In this document: positions 7,964-17,207 of the stretch, one piece after another | Numbering within the stretch: the first letter of the stretch is position 1 | Layout: each line of letters opens with the position of its first letter | Assembly: GCA_965215555.1 (NCBI GenBank) | Contig: OZ244071.1 | Span: 2,517,647-2,581,646, forward strand | Origin: Dehalococcoidia bacterium | Lineage (GTDB): Bacteria; Chloroflexota; Dehalococcoidia; Bin125 | Direction: 5' to 3' | Length of the DNA stretch: 64,000 bases | Made by a program: the position numbers and the translations under genes | Notes under the pieces: generated by a model | The model's database searches: none | Told to the model about the DNA's origin: nothing | The model's input: only the letters and a program-made list of their open reading frames with translations

Positions 7964-10360
7964 ATGACGCTTCCGCTACATGATGTCCGAGTCCTCGACC
8001 TCTCCGACCATCGAGCGGCGCTGGGCTCGCGAATGCTGGCCGACCTCGGCGCCGAGGTCACGATGGTCGAGCCGCCGGGCGGCAACTCCATCCGCCATCA
8101 GGCACCCTATGTGGACGATCAGCCTTCGCCCGAACGCAGCTACCAGCATCTCTATTTCAACGTCAACAAGCGGTCGCTGGTGCTCGACTGGCGCAGCACC
8201 GAGGGACTTGACCGGCTGCTCGAACTGGCAACGTCGGCCGACATCTTGATCGAGTCGAACCAGCCCGGCGATTTCCCGGTTGACAGTCTGCGCGAAGCAA
8301 ATCCGCACCTGATCGTGGTCTCGGCGACGCCATACGGACAGCGCGGCCCCAGGTCGGACTGGCGAGCCACGGACCTGACGACCACTGCCGCAGGCGGACT
8401 GCTGCAAGTCAGCGGTGAACGAGCGGATCCGCCTGCGCATGGCGCGGCATTTCCGGGACACACGATGACCGGGCTGACCATCGCCTCGTCGGCAATGACC
8501 GCCCTGCATGGACGCGACCGCACGCCGGGCCGACCGGGTTGCCAGATCGATATCTCGATGCAAGAAGCGACCTCATTTCAGGTCGTCCAGACCTCGAATC
8601 CAAACACCTGGCGCTGGCGAGGAGAAGCGCCCTACCGGCCGGCGCTCTCGCAGGTGATCCGCTGCGCCGATGATCGCTGGATGGGCTGCAACATCTCGCC
8701 CAACAAACTGCCCGAGTTCATCGCGATGCTGGACGAGGCGGGCGTCGAGCATGATCTCGACGCGGACAACTGGGAAGTGATCCATCGCGGTGACCGAGCC
8801 GCCTGGCAATACCTCGAGAATCCGCTACAGGATCTGGCCAAAGATCTGGCCGCCTGCTGGCCTCGGCAGAAACTGCTCGAGCGTCTCTGGGCCGCTGGCA
8901 TGCCAGCCATGCCGACCTTGCGGTTCAGCGAGTTTGCGGAGAGCGGTCACTATCCGAGCTCAGGCCAGTTCATCTCAGTCGAGACGCCAGCGGTCGGCAA
9001 GGCCTTGAGCTATTCGCGCAGCCCGCTCGATCCCGTGCAGTCGCCGCTGCCGATGCAAACTGCGCCAAGCTTGGGCGAGCACACGGACTCCTCATTCACA
9101 TCGCCTGCTGCCGGAGATAACGAAGGCCGCAGAGAGTCCGCTCCATTCCCGGACATGCCCCTCTCGGGAATTCGTGTGCTTGATCTGACCTGGGTGGCCG
9201 CGGGTCCGCTGACGACGCGTTTGATGGCCAACTTCGGCGCCGAAGTGATCAAGGTCGAGTCCAGCGGCGACCGGATGGATCCCGTGCGGGTGCAACCGGT
9301 CAAGGGCGAGTTTCAGTTCGATCTCGCCGACCTCTTCAATGAGGTCAACACGGGCAAGCAATCGCTCACTGTTAATCTCGCCGATGAACAGGGCAAGGAT
9401 CTGCTTCGCGAGCTGATTGGCCATTGCGATGTGTTGGTCAACAACTATTCTGGCGGCTCACTGGCTCGGATGGGTTTCCCCTGGGAAGACCTGCGCAAGA
9501 TCAATCCGCGATTGATCAGCGTCCACTTGCCCGGCGTCGGCGGAGATAGCCCTTGGCGACCGCTGCGCACGCTTGGCAATCTACTCAAGGCGGCAGCCGG
9601 TATGAACTTCCAGATGGGATACCCGCATCAGCCGCCGCGAGGCATGGGCGTCGCCTATCCCGATTTCACCTCACCGCATGTTGGCGTCACAGCGATCCTC
9701 GCGGCGCTGCGCGCACGCGAAGAGACAGGTGAGGGACGCGAAATCGAACTGAGCCAGCTCAGCGCGACAGTGGCGCTGCTTGGTGCGCAGTGGATGCAGT
9801 TCGACCAGCTCGGCGAAGACCTGCCGCGTCTCGGCAACTCCGATCCCAACATGTGTCCTCACGGGGTGTTTCCATCGGCGGGAGACGATCAGTGGGTCGC
9901 CATCGCGCTGGAATCGGACGATCAATGGCCGGCGTTTGCAGAGACCATCGGGCGACCGGAGTGGATCCGGGATGCATCGCTGCAGTCCGTGGCGGGTCGC
10001 AAATTGCGCAACGACGAGATCGAGGCGGCGATCAGCGAGTGGACATCGCAGCGCTCAAAGTGGGAAGCAGCCGAGGCATTGCAGACAGCCGGGATCGCAG
10101 CCAACGCCGTCGAGGATCTGCGCGACATGATGGACATCGATGAGCACTTCCGCGATCACTACCAGCGCGTTGAGCAGCCCTCGCATCCTGGATTTGGCAT
10201 CTGGATCGACGGCGCGCCGTGGGAGTTTGCGCACTTGGAAAAGCGCATGCTCGAACGTGCGCCAATGCTCGGCGAGCACAACGAGATAATTCTCAGCGGA
10301 CTGCTGGGCAAGAGCGAAGCTGCAATCGCCGAGTTGATCGCCGCTGGCGTCGTAGGCTGA
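7964..10360 (+). CDS. Tandem-domain CoA-transferase family III protein (two CaiB/BaiF modules fused)
   Basis: ATG at 7964 is in frame with ORF 7247..10360. Module 1: VRVLDLSDHRAALGSRMLADLGAEVTMVEPPGG. Module 2: GIRVLDLTWVAAGPLTTRLMANFGAEVIKVESSGD. The upstream ORF extension overlaps the divergent caiB-like gene and is rejected. Confidence 0.8.
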   Translation: MTLPLHDVRVLDLSDHRAALGSRMLADLGAEVTMVEPPGGNSIRHQAPYVDDQPSPERSYQHLYFNVNKRSLVLDWRSTEGLDRLLELATSADILIESNQPGDFPVDSLREANPHLIVVSATPYGQRGPRSDWRATDLTTTAAGGLLQVSGERADPPAHGAAFPGHTMTGLTIASSAMTALHGRDRTPGRPGCQIDISMQEATSFQVVQTSNPNTWRWRGEAPYRPALSQVIRCADDRWMGCNISPNKLPEFIAMLDEAGVEHDLDADNWEVIHRGDRAAWQYLENPLQDLAKDLAACWPRQKLLERLWAAGMPAMPTLRFSEFAESGHYPSSGQFISVETPAVGKALSYSRSPLDPVQSPLPMQTAPSLGEHTDSSFTSPAAGDNEGRRESAPFPDMPLSGIRVLDLTWVAAGPLTTRLMANFGAEVIKVESSGDRMDPVRVQPVKGEFQFDLADLFNEVNTGKQSLTVNLADEQGKDLLRELIGHCDVLVNNYSGGSLARMGFPWEDLRKINPRLISVHLPGVGGDSPWRPLRTLGNLLKAAAGMNFQMGYPHQPPRGMGVAYPDFTSPHVGVTAILAALRAREETGEGREIELSQLSATVALLGAQWMQFDQLGEDLPRLGNSDPNMCPHGVFPSAGDDQWVAIALESDDQWPAFAETIGRPEWIRDASLQSVAGRKLRNDEIEAAISEWTSQRSKWEAAEALQTAGIAANAVEDLRDMMDIDEHFRDHYQRVEQPSHPGFGIWIDGAPWEFAHLEKRMLERAPMLGEHNEIILSGLLGKSEAAIAELIAAGVVG

Positions 10361-10431
10361 GCGCGCAAGCTGAGCCGTGAAGCTCAGCCGACATGCTGAG
10401 CCTGAAGTTGGTCCGATCCTGAGGAGGAACC

Positions 10432-11394
10432 ATGCCCAAGTATGTGATGCTGCCGCCGATCGACGATGACATGCGCTTCTGGGCGCAGCAGATGCGTGAT
10501 GAGATTCCGGGGCTTGATGTCGTGGTGGTTGAGGACGAAGCAGATGGTCCGCAGGAACTGGCCGATGCCGACGGCGCATACGGCTGGGTTGCTCCGGATG
10601 TCCTGCCCAACACCGAGCGCCTGCGTTTGCTGCAAAATCCCTTCGCCGGGCCGCCGGTCGGTTGGTACTACCCCGAGTTGGCCGAGCATTCGGTCACGGT
10701 CAGCAATCCGCGAGGCATCTACTCCGATCACATCGCGCATCACATCATGATGTACATGCTGGCGCTCTCACGAGGACTGCCGTACTACAGCGCTGCCCAG
10801 GCAGAGGGTCGCTGGAACAAGAGTGCGCGCAAACGTGGCTACATCGATCTGACCACATCGACCGTGCTGATCAACGGGGTCGGTGGCATTGGATCTGAGG
10901 CGGCTCGGTTGTGCTCGGCATTTGGATGCCGAGTGATCGGTGTCGATCCGAGCCCGTACGGTGAGTTCGACGGTGAAATTGTCGCGCCTACGGAGTTAGA
11001 CGACCGCCTGCCCGAAGCCGACTTCGTTGTCACGACCGTGCCTCACACTCCCGAGACGGAGTTCATGTGGAACGCTGATCGCTTCACGGCGATGAAAAAC
11101 TCCGCCTACTTCATCAACATCGGCCGCGGGATGACCTGCAGGCTTGACGACCTGGTCACAGCACTCGACAACGGGGACATTGCTGGAGCCGGACTCGATG
11201 TGTTTGAGATCGAGCCGCTCCCCGAAGGACATCCGCTCTGGCAGATCGAGAACGTGATCATCACGCCGCACATCGCCGTCGCCGATGCGGAGAACATCCC
11301 CGAGCGACGCTTCGAGTTGATCCTCGAGAATGCACGACGACTGGTTGAGGGCCGTGATTTCGTTAACGTCGTCGACAAGGAGAAGTGGTACTGA
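10432..11394 (+). CDS. D-isomer-specific 2-hydroxyacid dehydrogenase family, NAD-binding
   Basis: GVGGIGSEAARL Rossmann motif, catalytic-domain motifs and GGAGGA RBS at 10420-10426. Confidence 0.85.
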   Translation: MPKYVMLPPIDDDMRFWAQQMRDEIPGLDVVVVEDEADGPQELADADGAYGWVAPDVLPNTERLRLLQNPFAGPPVGWYYPELAEHSVTVSNPRGIYSDHIAHHIMMYMLALSRGLPYYSAAQAEGRWNKSARKRGYIDLTTSTVLINGVGGIGSEAARLCSAFGCRVIGVDPSPYGEFDGEIVAPTELDDRLPEADFVVTTVPHTPETEFMWNADRFTAMKNSAYFINIGRGMTCRLDDLVTALDNGDIAGAGLDVFEIEPLPEGHPLWQIENVIITPHIAVADAENIPERRFELILENARRLVEGRDFVNVVDKEKWY

Positions 11395-11537
11395 CGCTTC
11401 TCGCGTCGTCCTCATCGACTGAAGGTCGGATCCGAAGCAGCTCAACACCAACCTCGCCAAATCCGCGCTTGTCGCGGATATCTCGCGGCATCCTCAACAC
11501 TGGCCGTGACCGCGCAGATGGCGCAGAGCGACACGAA

Positions 11538-14090
11538 CTATCGAATCACTTCCGAGATCATCAGATCCGTCATTTCGTCCTCGCTCAGCCCCAGCACCTG
11601 TCGGTAGACCTCTTCGTTGTGCTCTCCGAAGAATGGCGCGCGACGAATCGGCAGACGCTCGCCATTCCAGAGGAAGGGCTGATTCTGCGCCATGAACTTG
11701 ATCCCGATCGGATGATCGAACTCGTGGAAGAATCCGTCTAGCGACGGGTCTGATTCGACCAAGTCCTGGATGTCCTCATTAGGACCGGCCGGGATGCCCG
11801 CGGCTACCAATAGCTCCGTCGCTTCCCAGAGATCGAGACCGGAGGTCCAGGCAGTGACGGCCGATTCGATCTCCTCCTCGGCAGCCTGACGGCCGCTCAA
11901 TGTTCGTAGATCATCGCGGGCCGCAAGATCGTCTCGTCCTATGACGCGGCACAACTCCAGCCAATCGACAGTGTTGCGCACGTCGAGCGCCAGCCACTTG
12001 TCGTCGCCCGCGCACTGGAAGTTGCCGTGGGGCGACGACTCGGGTGATCGATTGCCACGTCGCGGCGGCGTCTCGCCGTTGGCCAGTTGCTCGATGAGTT
12101 CGGTGTCGAGCAGTTGGATGCCTGCCTCATACTGGGGAATCTCAACTTCCTGGCCGATGCCGGTGCGCTCGCGCTGGATCAGTGCCGAGACGATGGCCGT
12201 CACCGCTAACGGCGCGAGTGTGAAGTCGGTGTGCAGCAGCACGCCTGTTGGCTTCCGATCTGCTGGCCCAGTGTGCGCGGCTAGTCCGCAGAGTGCAACG
12301 ACGCTGTTGCCGATGCCCTTCCATGACGCTTTCGGACCCCAGGTGCCCATCACCGGGAAGCTGGCACACACAATCCGAGGGTTGATCTGCTTCAGATCGT
12401 CATAGCCCAGGCCGAGGCGCTTCATCACACCGCCGGTGAAGTTGTCGGTGACCACATCCGCATCGCGGATCAGGTCATAGGCGATGCGCAGGCCGTCAGG
12501 AGCGCTGAGATTGACATTGACGCTGCGCTTGTCGGTGTTGCAGTCCTGGAAGAACGCCCCGGTCTCAATTGAGGGTGGATCGTGAGCATTGAGCGCGACG
12601 CGCAGCGTGTCAATCCGCGCGTCCGACTCAATCTTGATCACATCCGCGCCCAGATTCGCCATCAGTTCGGTCGTGAGAGGACCCGCCGCCTGCCAGCAGA
12701 AGTCAATCACGCGAATGCCCTTGAGCGGCAGGTCATCGCGGTCGATTGCTCGGCCCGATTGCTTACCATTTTGCGCCTGATCTGTCGGGGCGCGACTGCT
12801 CCGCGCGATCCGCTCTTCCCCTCCCGAGCGAGGGGAGATGCCGAAAGCCTGCCCTGCACTTGATGCGGGGGCTGCAGGCGGTCCGACAACCAGTCCGCTT
12901 GCTGACATTCGCTCGTACTCGGCTTCGTCCACACCAAGCAACTCCACCAACACATCAGCCGAGGCCGCCCCCAGCGTCGGGGCCGGACGCCCGACCGGCT
13001 CGTATCCGGTCGAATGGACTGGCAATCGCGGCAGATCGATCGTCCGATCAAACTGCGGATGTTCGACCGGCAAGAATGCGCCACGTTCGTGGAGATGTGG
13101 ATCCTCGACAATGTCCTTGACCGAGTTCACAGGCACGACGAGGAAGCCTCGTGACTGTCCCTCGAAACACAGCTCGTCGCGTGGCAACGTGGCGCAGGCT
13201 CGTTGGAATGCCTGGTGCGTTTCGGTACCCCAATCAGGCATCCAGATGTCACCGGGACGCTCAGTCCCAATCAGCCCGTCGTAGCCGACTCGTTCGTTCA
13301 ACCACTCGGCGAACGCGGCGTAGCGCTGGTCGGTGGTCGGCACGAGCCCGAACGTCACCCAGTCGCCGTCCTGTGCCTGCACGAGGAAGGAAATGTGGCC
13401 ACCCGGCCGATAGGCCTTCTCGCCCATGTGAACCCACATGTTCTCGTTGGCGAAGTGGATCGTGGTCGAGAGCATCGCCTCCTGCAGCGAGATGTACGCG
13501 TGGTTGGCTTGGTCGCCGTTGCGACGGTCGTAGAGCATCGCCGTCGCCGTCGCCGCGGCGACCTGACTGGCCTGCTTGTAGGCCAGCCGCCCCGCCGGAT
13601 AGTCGGGCGCGACCTCAGGGAAGCCCAGACCCAGCATCAGTCCGCCACTGGCGACGCCGACAATGTCGGAGGCTGGCAGCGCTTCGCCACCGCGCCGCAT
13701 GACGGCGTCAACCACGCCCAGGTGGGGATGCAATCGCTGCAGCCGATCACGATCAAAGAAGCGGCGAGAGGAGGCAGACTTGTCCAGTGGGGCCAGCACG
13801 ACGTCGGCAGACGCCAACAGCCGATCAATCAGATCCCATGCGCCCGGCGCATCGAAGTTCAACGCCAGGCTGCGCTTGCCAGCGTTGTACAACAGGTGGC
13901 GCAGTCCGCTTTCCGGGTCGTTGCGACCCTCAAGATGCGGACCGGCAATGCGCAGAGCGTCGCCGGCTGCGGACTCAACGCGAATCACGTCGGCGCCAAA
14001 GTCGGACAGCCAGCGAGCGCCGAGCGCCAGGCACTCGTCGCTCAGATCAATGACAACTGAGCCGGCGAGCGGGAGGTCGGATACAGCCAT
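11538..14090 (-). CDS. Tandem-domain CoA-transferase family III protein (second paralog)
   Basis: Module 1: SVVIDLSDECLALGARWLSDFGADVIRVESAAGD. Module 2: GIRVIDFCWQAAGPLTTELMANLGADVIKIESD. Length is 850 aa. Confidence 0.8.
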   Translation of the reverse strand: MAVSDLPLAGSVVIDLSDECLALGARWLSDFGADVIRVESAAGDALRIAGPHLEGRNDPESGLRHLLYNAGKRSLALNFDAPGAWDLIDRLLASADVVLAPLDKSASSRRFFDRDRLQRLHPHLGVVDAVMRRGGEALPASDIVGVASGGLMLGLGFPEVAPDYPAGRLAYKQASQVAAATATAMLYDRRNGDQANHAYISLQEAMLSTTIHFANENMWVHMGEKAYRPGGHISFLVQAQDGDWVTFGLVPTTDQRYAAFAEWLNERVGYDGLIGTERPGDIWMPDWGTETHQAFQRACATLPRDELCFEGQSRGFLVVPVNSVKDIVEDPHLHERGAFLPVEHPQFDRTIDLPRLPVHSTGYEPVGRPAPTLGAASADVLVELLGVDEAEYERMSASGLVVGPPAAPASSAGQAFGISPRSGGEERIARSSRAPTDQAQNGKQSGRAIDRDDLPLKGIRVIDFCWQAAGPLTTELMANLGADVIKIESDARIDTLRVALNAHDPPSIETGAFFQDCNTDKRSVNVNLSAPDGLRIAYDLIRDADVVTDNFTGGVMKRLGLGYDDLKQINPRIVCASFPVMGTWGPKASWKGIGNSVVALCGLAAHTGPADRKPTGVLLHTDFTLAPLAVTAIVSALIQRERTGIGQEVEIPQYEAGIQLLDTELIEQLANGETPPRRGNRSPESSPHGNFQCAGDDKWLALDVRNTVDWLELCRVIGRDDLAARDDLRTLSGRQAAEEEIESAVTAWTSGLDLWEATELLVAAGIPAGPNEDIQDLVESDPSLDGFFHEFDHPIGIKFMAQNQPFLWNGERLPIRRAPFFGEHNEEVYRQVLGLSEDEMTDLMISEVIR

Positions 14091-14274
14091 GTGTGCACGT
14101 TAGGTTTATGCGGGTGTTGGCGGTAGAGGTCAGGGTAGGCTGGGTTGGGGCCAGCTCGTCGGGGCGTTGGCCTTGAGACTAGGGCGCGTGGACGGGGAAA
14201 CTTGGGACTGAACCTCGGGCTTCGGGACCATGGGCGTCACCACTCACAGGCTGTCGACCGTCTAAAGTGGATGT

Positions 14275-14484
14275 ATGACGACACCGCACACCCAGCCCGA
14301 GATCGAGGGGCGCCAGCAACGGACGCTAGAGGCGATCAGCAACCTGGCGGAGCAGATGATGATTCGGTTCGATGCGCTTGAGCAGAACATCGAGATACTG
14401 AGCGACGGTCAGCAGCGTCTCGAGAACCGCGTCGAGGACATCGCCCGGCATCTCGGAGTGCCGCCGCGCAACGGAACGACCTGA
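14275..14484 (+). CDS. Small hypothetical coiled-coil protein (69 aa)
   Basis: High third-position GC across the whole ORF. Overlaps a minus-strand ORF that loses coding signature here. Confidence 0.35.
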   Translation: MTTPHTQPEIEGRQQRTLEAISNLAEQMMIRFDALEQNIEILSDGQQRLENRVEDIARHLGVPPRNGTT

Positions 14485-14544
14485 GTACCATCCCGGATGG
14501 CAACTGCTGCGGAACGACTCACGATCTATAGGTAACCACGCTGC

Positions 14545-14652
14545 GCGGTGCTGAGCATTGAGGGCTTTGACGCGGATGTAGCCGGGGTTGTGTTCGGCGT
14601 AGCGTTGCCAGAGTCGGTCGATGGTGGTTCGGAGGTGGAAGCGGTTGGGCAT
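14545..14652 (-). pseudogene. N-terminal gene fragment (MPNRFHLRTTIDRLWQRYAEHNPGYIRVKALNAQHRAA), possibly a mobile-element remnant
   Basis: Good RBS (AAAGGGG) and strong codon bias for about 36 codons, then the coding signature collapses. Lies just outside the left direct repeat of the low-GC island. Confidence 0.25.
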
Positions 14653-14736
14653 GGCGGGCCCCTTTGGTCTTAGGAAGTATGTATGTTCTTAACACATCGG
14701 AGTCGGGTCTGACCAGGTTGTCTGAGGGGAGATCGC

Positions 14737-14830
14737 GTGGCGTCGGCTGAGGGACGGCTGGCGAGTGTCGCCGTTGATGGGCTTAGATGTTTCGTGATTC
14801 CTGCCTGCGCAGGAATGACGGAGGGAGGCA
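14737..14830. repeat. Left copy of an about 70-90 bp direct repeat flanking the low-GC island; contains hairpin TTCCTGC-CTGC-GCAGGAA and the AATGACGG motif
   Basis: gtgtcgccgttg..ttcgtgattcctgcctgcgcaggaatgacggaggga is shared with 16990-17075. Confidence 0.6.
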
Positions 14831-14873
14831 GGGAGCGGCAGTGGCGGAGCAGGAGGTCGGAACTCCAGGCCGC

Positions 14874-15743
14874 TCAGTCAGGCGAGCGCGTAACCCGAAC
14901 CCAAAGATTCTGCGGTGCCGTCTCGTGCGACAGGACGGACTCGTACACCATCGCAATCACCCAGCCAATGGCGCCGGCTGACCACTCTGGCATCGACACT
15001 TCGATTCCGGCAACTGCGCTCGTCCACTCGACCCAATGCAGATCTGGTCTCGTCGGGCGCTCGTTCGGTGGAATGATGGACGGGCCGAAACCGAACGGCT
15101 TAGCGTGTTCAGGAGGAAGCTTCTCGAAGGATTCCGGAGTAATGAGGTCACCTACCTGACCTGTCCCCAAAGTGACGACCGCTTGAATGCGCTCAGGTTC
15201 ACCACGGCTGAACCAGTCAGAAGCGCTATGCAGAGTCCACCAGTGAGGTCTCTGATTCGGGACAAGGCCGTATGCGAGGACCTCATATGCCGATATCTGA
15301 ACCTTGCCGAACAAGCGCAGAGAGTCGTCCACACATTGAACCAACGGCGGGATCGCCAGCGCCGCGTCAGCAGGCGGCCCCTGGTCGTCAGGGGTCGGAA
15401 ACGCTGAAGGCACCCATTCACCCTGGGACAGCTCCACGTCTGACCGGAGTTCATCAATGATCGGGTCATCTTCGATCGTGTATGTACCCGGGAAGTAATC
15501 GAGGCCCACCTGAACGAACCCGATCTCAGGTCCGTCATCGTTGGAGAACTCAGCCTCGTTCATGTTCCAGAGCAACGTCACCGCAGGCTCCTTCGACGAA
15601 CCCATTCTGGTCCAGCCCATGAGTTCAGACCGCGAGAGGAAGACGAAGTACAGGTCTGCCTCGCCGACCTCGCTGGACCGATGCCGATCGAATGTCATAT
15701 CGCCAAACGCCGTGACTATCAGAGTGCCTCCGGACACGGTCAC
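14874..15743 (-). CDS. Hypothetical protein (289 aa) in the low-GC island
   Basis: Normal protein-like composition. GTG start at 15743 overlaps the stop of an upstream small ORF (GTGA). Local GC about 55%. Confidence 0.5.
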   Translation of the reverse strand: MTVSGGTLIVTAFGDMTFDRHRSSEVGEADLYFVFLSRSELMGWTRMGSSKEPAVTLLWNMNEAEFSNDDGPEIGFVQVGLDYFPGTYTIEDDPIIDELRSDVELSQGEWVPSAFPTPDDQGPPADAALAIPPLVQCVDDSLRLFGKVQISAYEVLAYGLVPNQRPHWWTLHSASDWFSRGEPERIQAVVTLGTGQVGDLITPESFEKLPPEHAKPFGFGPSIIPPNERPTRPDLHWVEWTSAVAGIEVSMPEWSAGAIGWVIAMVYESVLSHETAPQNLWVRVTRSPD

Positions 15744-15879
15744 CTTCCTGAGAAACCCGCCAGGGTCTGAAAATCATCCGCAGCCCTGAATCCGACCTGC
15801 GCATCAGGGACGGGAGCCACGCGATCAGGAATCAGGATGAGGCGCCCGAATGCGTCAACATACAGTGTTGGATCCATGT
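15742..15879 (-). CDS. Small ORF (45 aa, MDPTLYVDAFGRLILIPDRVAPVPDAQVGFRAADDFQTLAGFSGR), translationally coupled to the downstream gene
   Basis: AAGGAAAGG RBS 9 nt upstream of ATG and an in-frame stop 6 codons upstream. TGA overlaps the GTG of the 289-aa gene. Confidence 0.3.
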
Positions 15880-16152
15880 CGGGCGCCTTTCCTTAGTCAG
15901 AACAAACAGACCGCATCAAGGATTGCACAATAGGTTACGCGGAGGGCTGTACCTCTGGTAAGGGGGATCGGAATGCCCGACTAGATCGACATCTACTTTC
16001 GACCGCCATCCAACCACAGCGGTAGCAGGTTTGCAGACGGTCCTGGCATTGACCTTTCTGCCTCCTTGATCCCAGGCTCGAACACGTTGCTTGTTGTAGG
16101 ACTCGGTCTGCCAGTAGCAATGTCCATCACGCGGCACTCTGCACCAATGCGA

Positions 16153-16743
16153 CTATAGCCACACCTTGACATCGGCATACTCTGGGCACGCTGAGGATGA
16201 ATCATCTTCCCACCAGCCGTGGGTTGACACGTCTCGACGATTGCGAGAGACATGCGCATAATCCACCCAAGAACTGAACACGCATCGACTCTGGCCGTAG
16301 GCGCCAGGCTGTTCAGATTCGACATACGTTGTACCATCTGACGGTTGCACATCAGACCCTTGATAGGCAGTCCAACTGCCTCCGGACCGATGGCCATCGC
16401 CAAAGTCAAGGTTGGCCGCAATAGCGACGGTGTCGCAGTCTCCAGACTCGGTGGAAGCCAAGTCGATGGCGTTGTCCGGCCTGATCGGGGTGACGGTAAC
16501 CGAGCAGCTCTTGGTGATGTCGGCGAGATTGTCTTCACTCGACACATCTCGCAGAGTCAATGACATCTCGCACTCGCGATTCGTAGAGTAGGAGTACTTG
16601 GTTAGCTCGCCCATTCTCTTCAGCGTCATGGTGTTGACGGACATCGTCAATGAGTAGAGGCCGTCGCAGACGATCTGCGCTGGCTGTTCCGTTTCCGGCT
16701 CCAGCTCCGACTCAGCCCGAACCTGACCAGGGGTGAACGCCAT
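16153..16743 (-). CDS. Hypothetical Cys-containing protein (196 aa), probably secreted or membrane-anchored
   Basis: Hydrophobic helix FKVGIGILGAVVPAVVLAIVAF is encoded in frame immediately upstream of the annotated Met, with no ATG before a stop. Ten Cys residues. Low-GC region. Confidence 0.45.
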   Translation of the reverse strand: MAFTPGQVRAESELEPETEQPAQIVCDGLYSLTMSVNTMTLKRMGELTKYSYSTNRECEMSLTLRDVSSEDNLADITKSCSVTVTPIRPDNAIDLASTESGDCDTVAIAANLDFGDGHRSGGSWTAYQGSDVQPSDGTTYVESEQPGAYGQSRCVFSSWVDYAHVSRNRRDVSTHGWWEDDSSSACPEYADVKVWL

Positions 16744-16989
16744 GAACGCGACGATCGCCAGGACGACCGCGGGAACAACCGCTCCCAGGATCCCAATCCC
16801 AACCTTGAACCGACCGCGATGAAGATGTAACGCAGCATCCTTTCATCGCCCGGCGAGACCTTCTCGTCGGGCGGTGCATAGTGTCACAGATTTGCCATCA
16901 GGTCACGCTCCGTCCTGCGGCACTGCCGACCGTTGGGCAATCGCCTGGACAATGGCTGCCACCGCGGATCGGGAGTGGCGACTGGGGTT

Positions 16990-17075
16990 GGGTGGGACGG
17001 ATGTTGGGTGTCGCCGTTGGAAGGCTTGGGTGGTTCGTGATTCCTGCCTGCGCAGGAATGACGGAGGGATGTCAG
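16990..17075. repeat. Right copy of the direct repeat flanking the low-GC island
   Basis: Shares about 70 bp with 14737-14830 and ends in a duplicated caggaatgacgg. Confidence 0.6.
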
Positions 17076-17207
17076 GAATGACGGGGTATTGGGTCGGGTG
17101 ATGACGGTGTGGGGGCTATGCGACCACTTGGCGAATTGTGTAGCTTGTGACACGCAGCGCCATGCGTCGAGTATGGCGTCGTTTCGGTACGGAATCAGAG
17201 GAACGAC

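Noticed and set aside
10361-10431. Hairpin GCTGAGC-CGTGAA-GCTCAGC followed by a third GCTGAGC, before the 2-hydroxyacid dehydrogenase start
   Set aside because: Short, single occurrence. Likely just the terminator or attenuator of the upstream CoA-transferase gene, so it is not reported as a separate element.
13203-14060. 285-aa ORF on the plus strand
   Set aside because: Antisense to the tandem CoA-transferase gene. Arg-rich shadow ORF.
14326-14652. 108-aa minus-strand ORF taken as a whole gene
   Set aside because: Only the first 36 or so codons show coding-like third-position GC. The rest overlaps a plus-strand ORF with a strong coding signature, so it is kept only as a short gene fragment.
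15993-16547. 184-aa minus-strand ORF overlapping the 196-aa gene in another frame
   Set aside because: Pro/Ser/Thr/Arg-rich composition typical of an alternative frame of a real gene. The overlapping 196-aa frame has normal composition.
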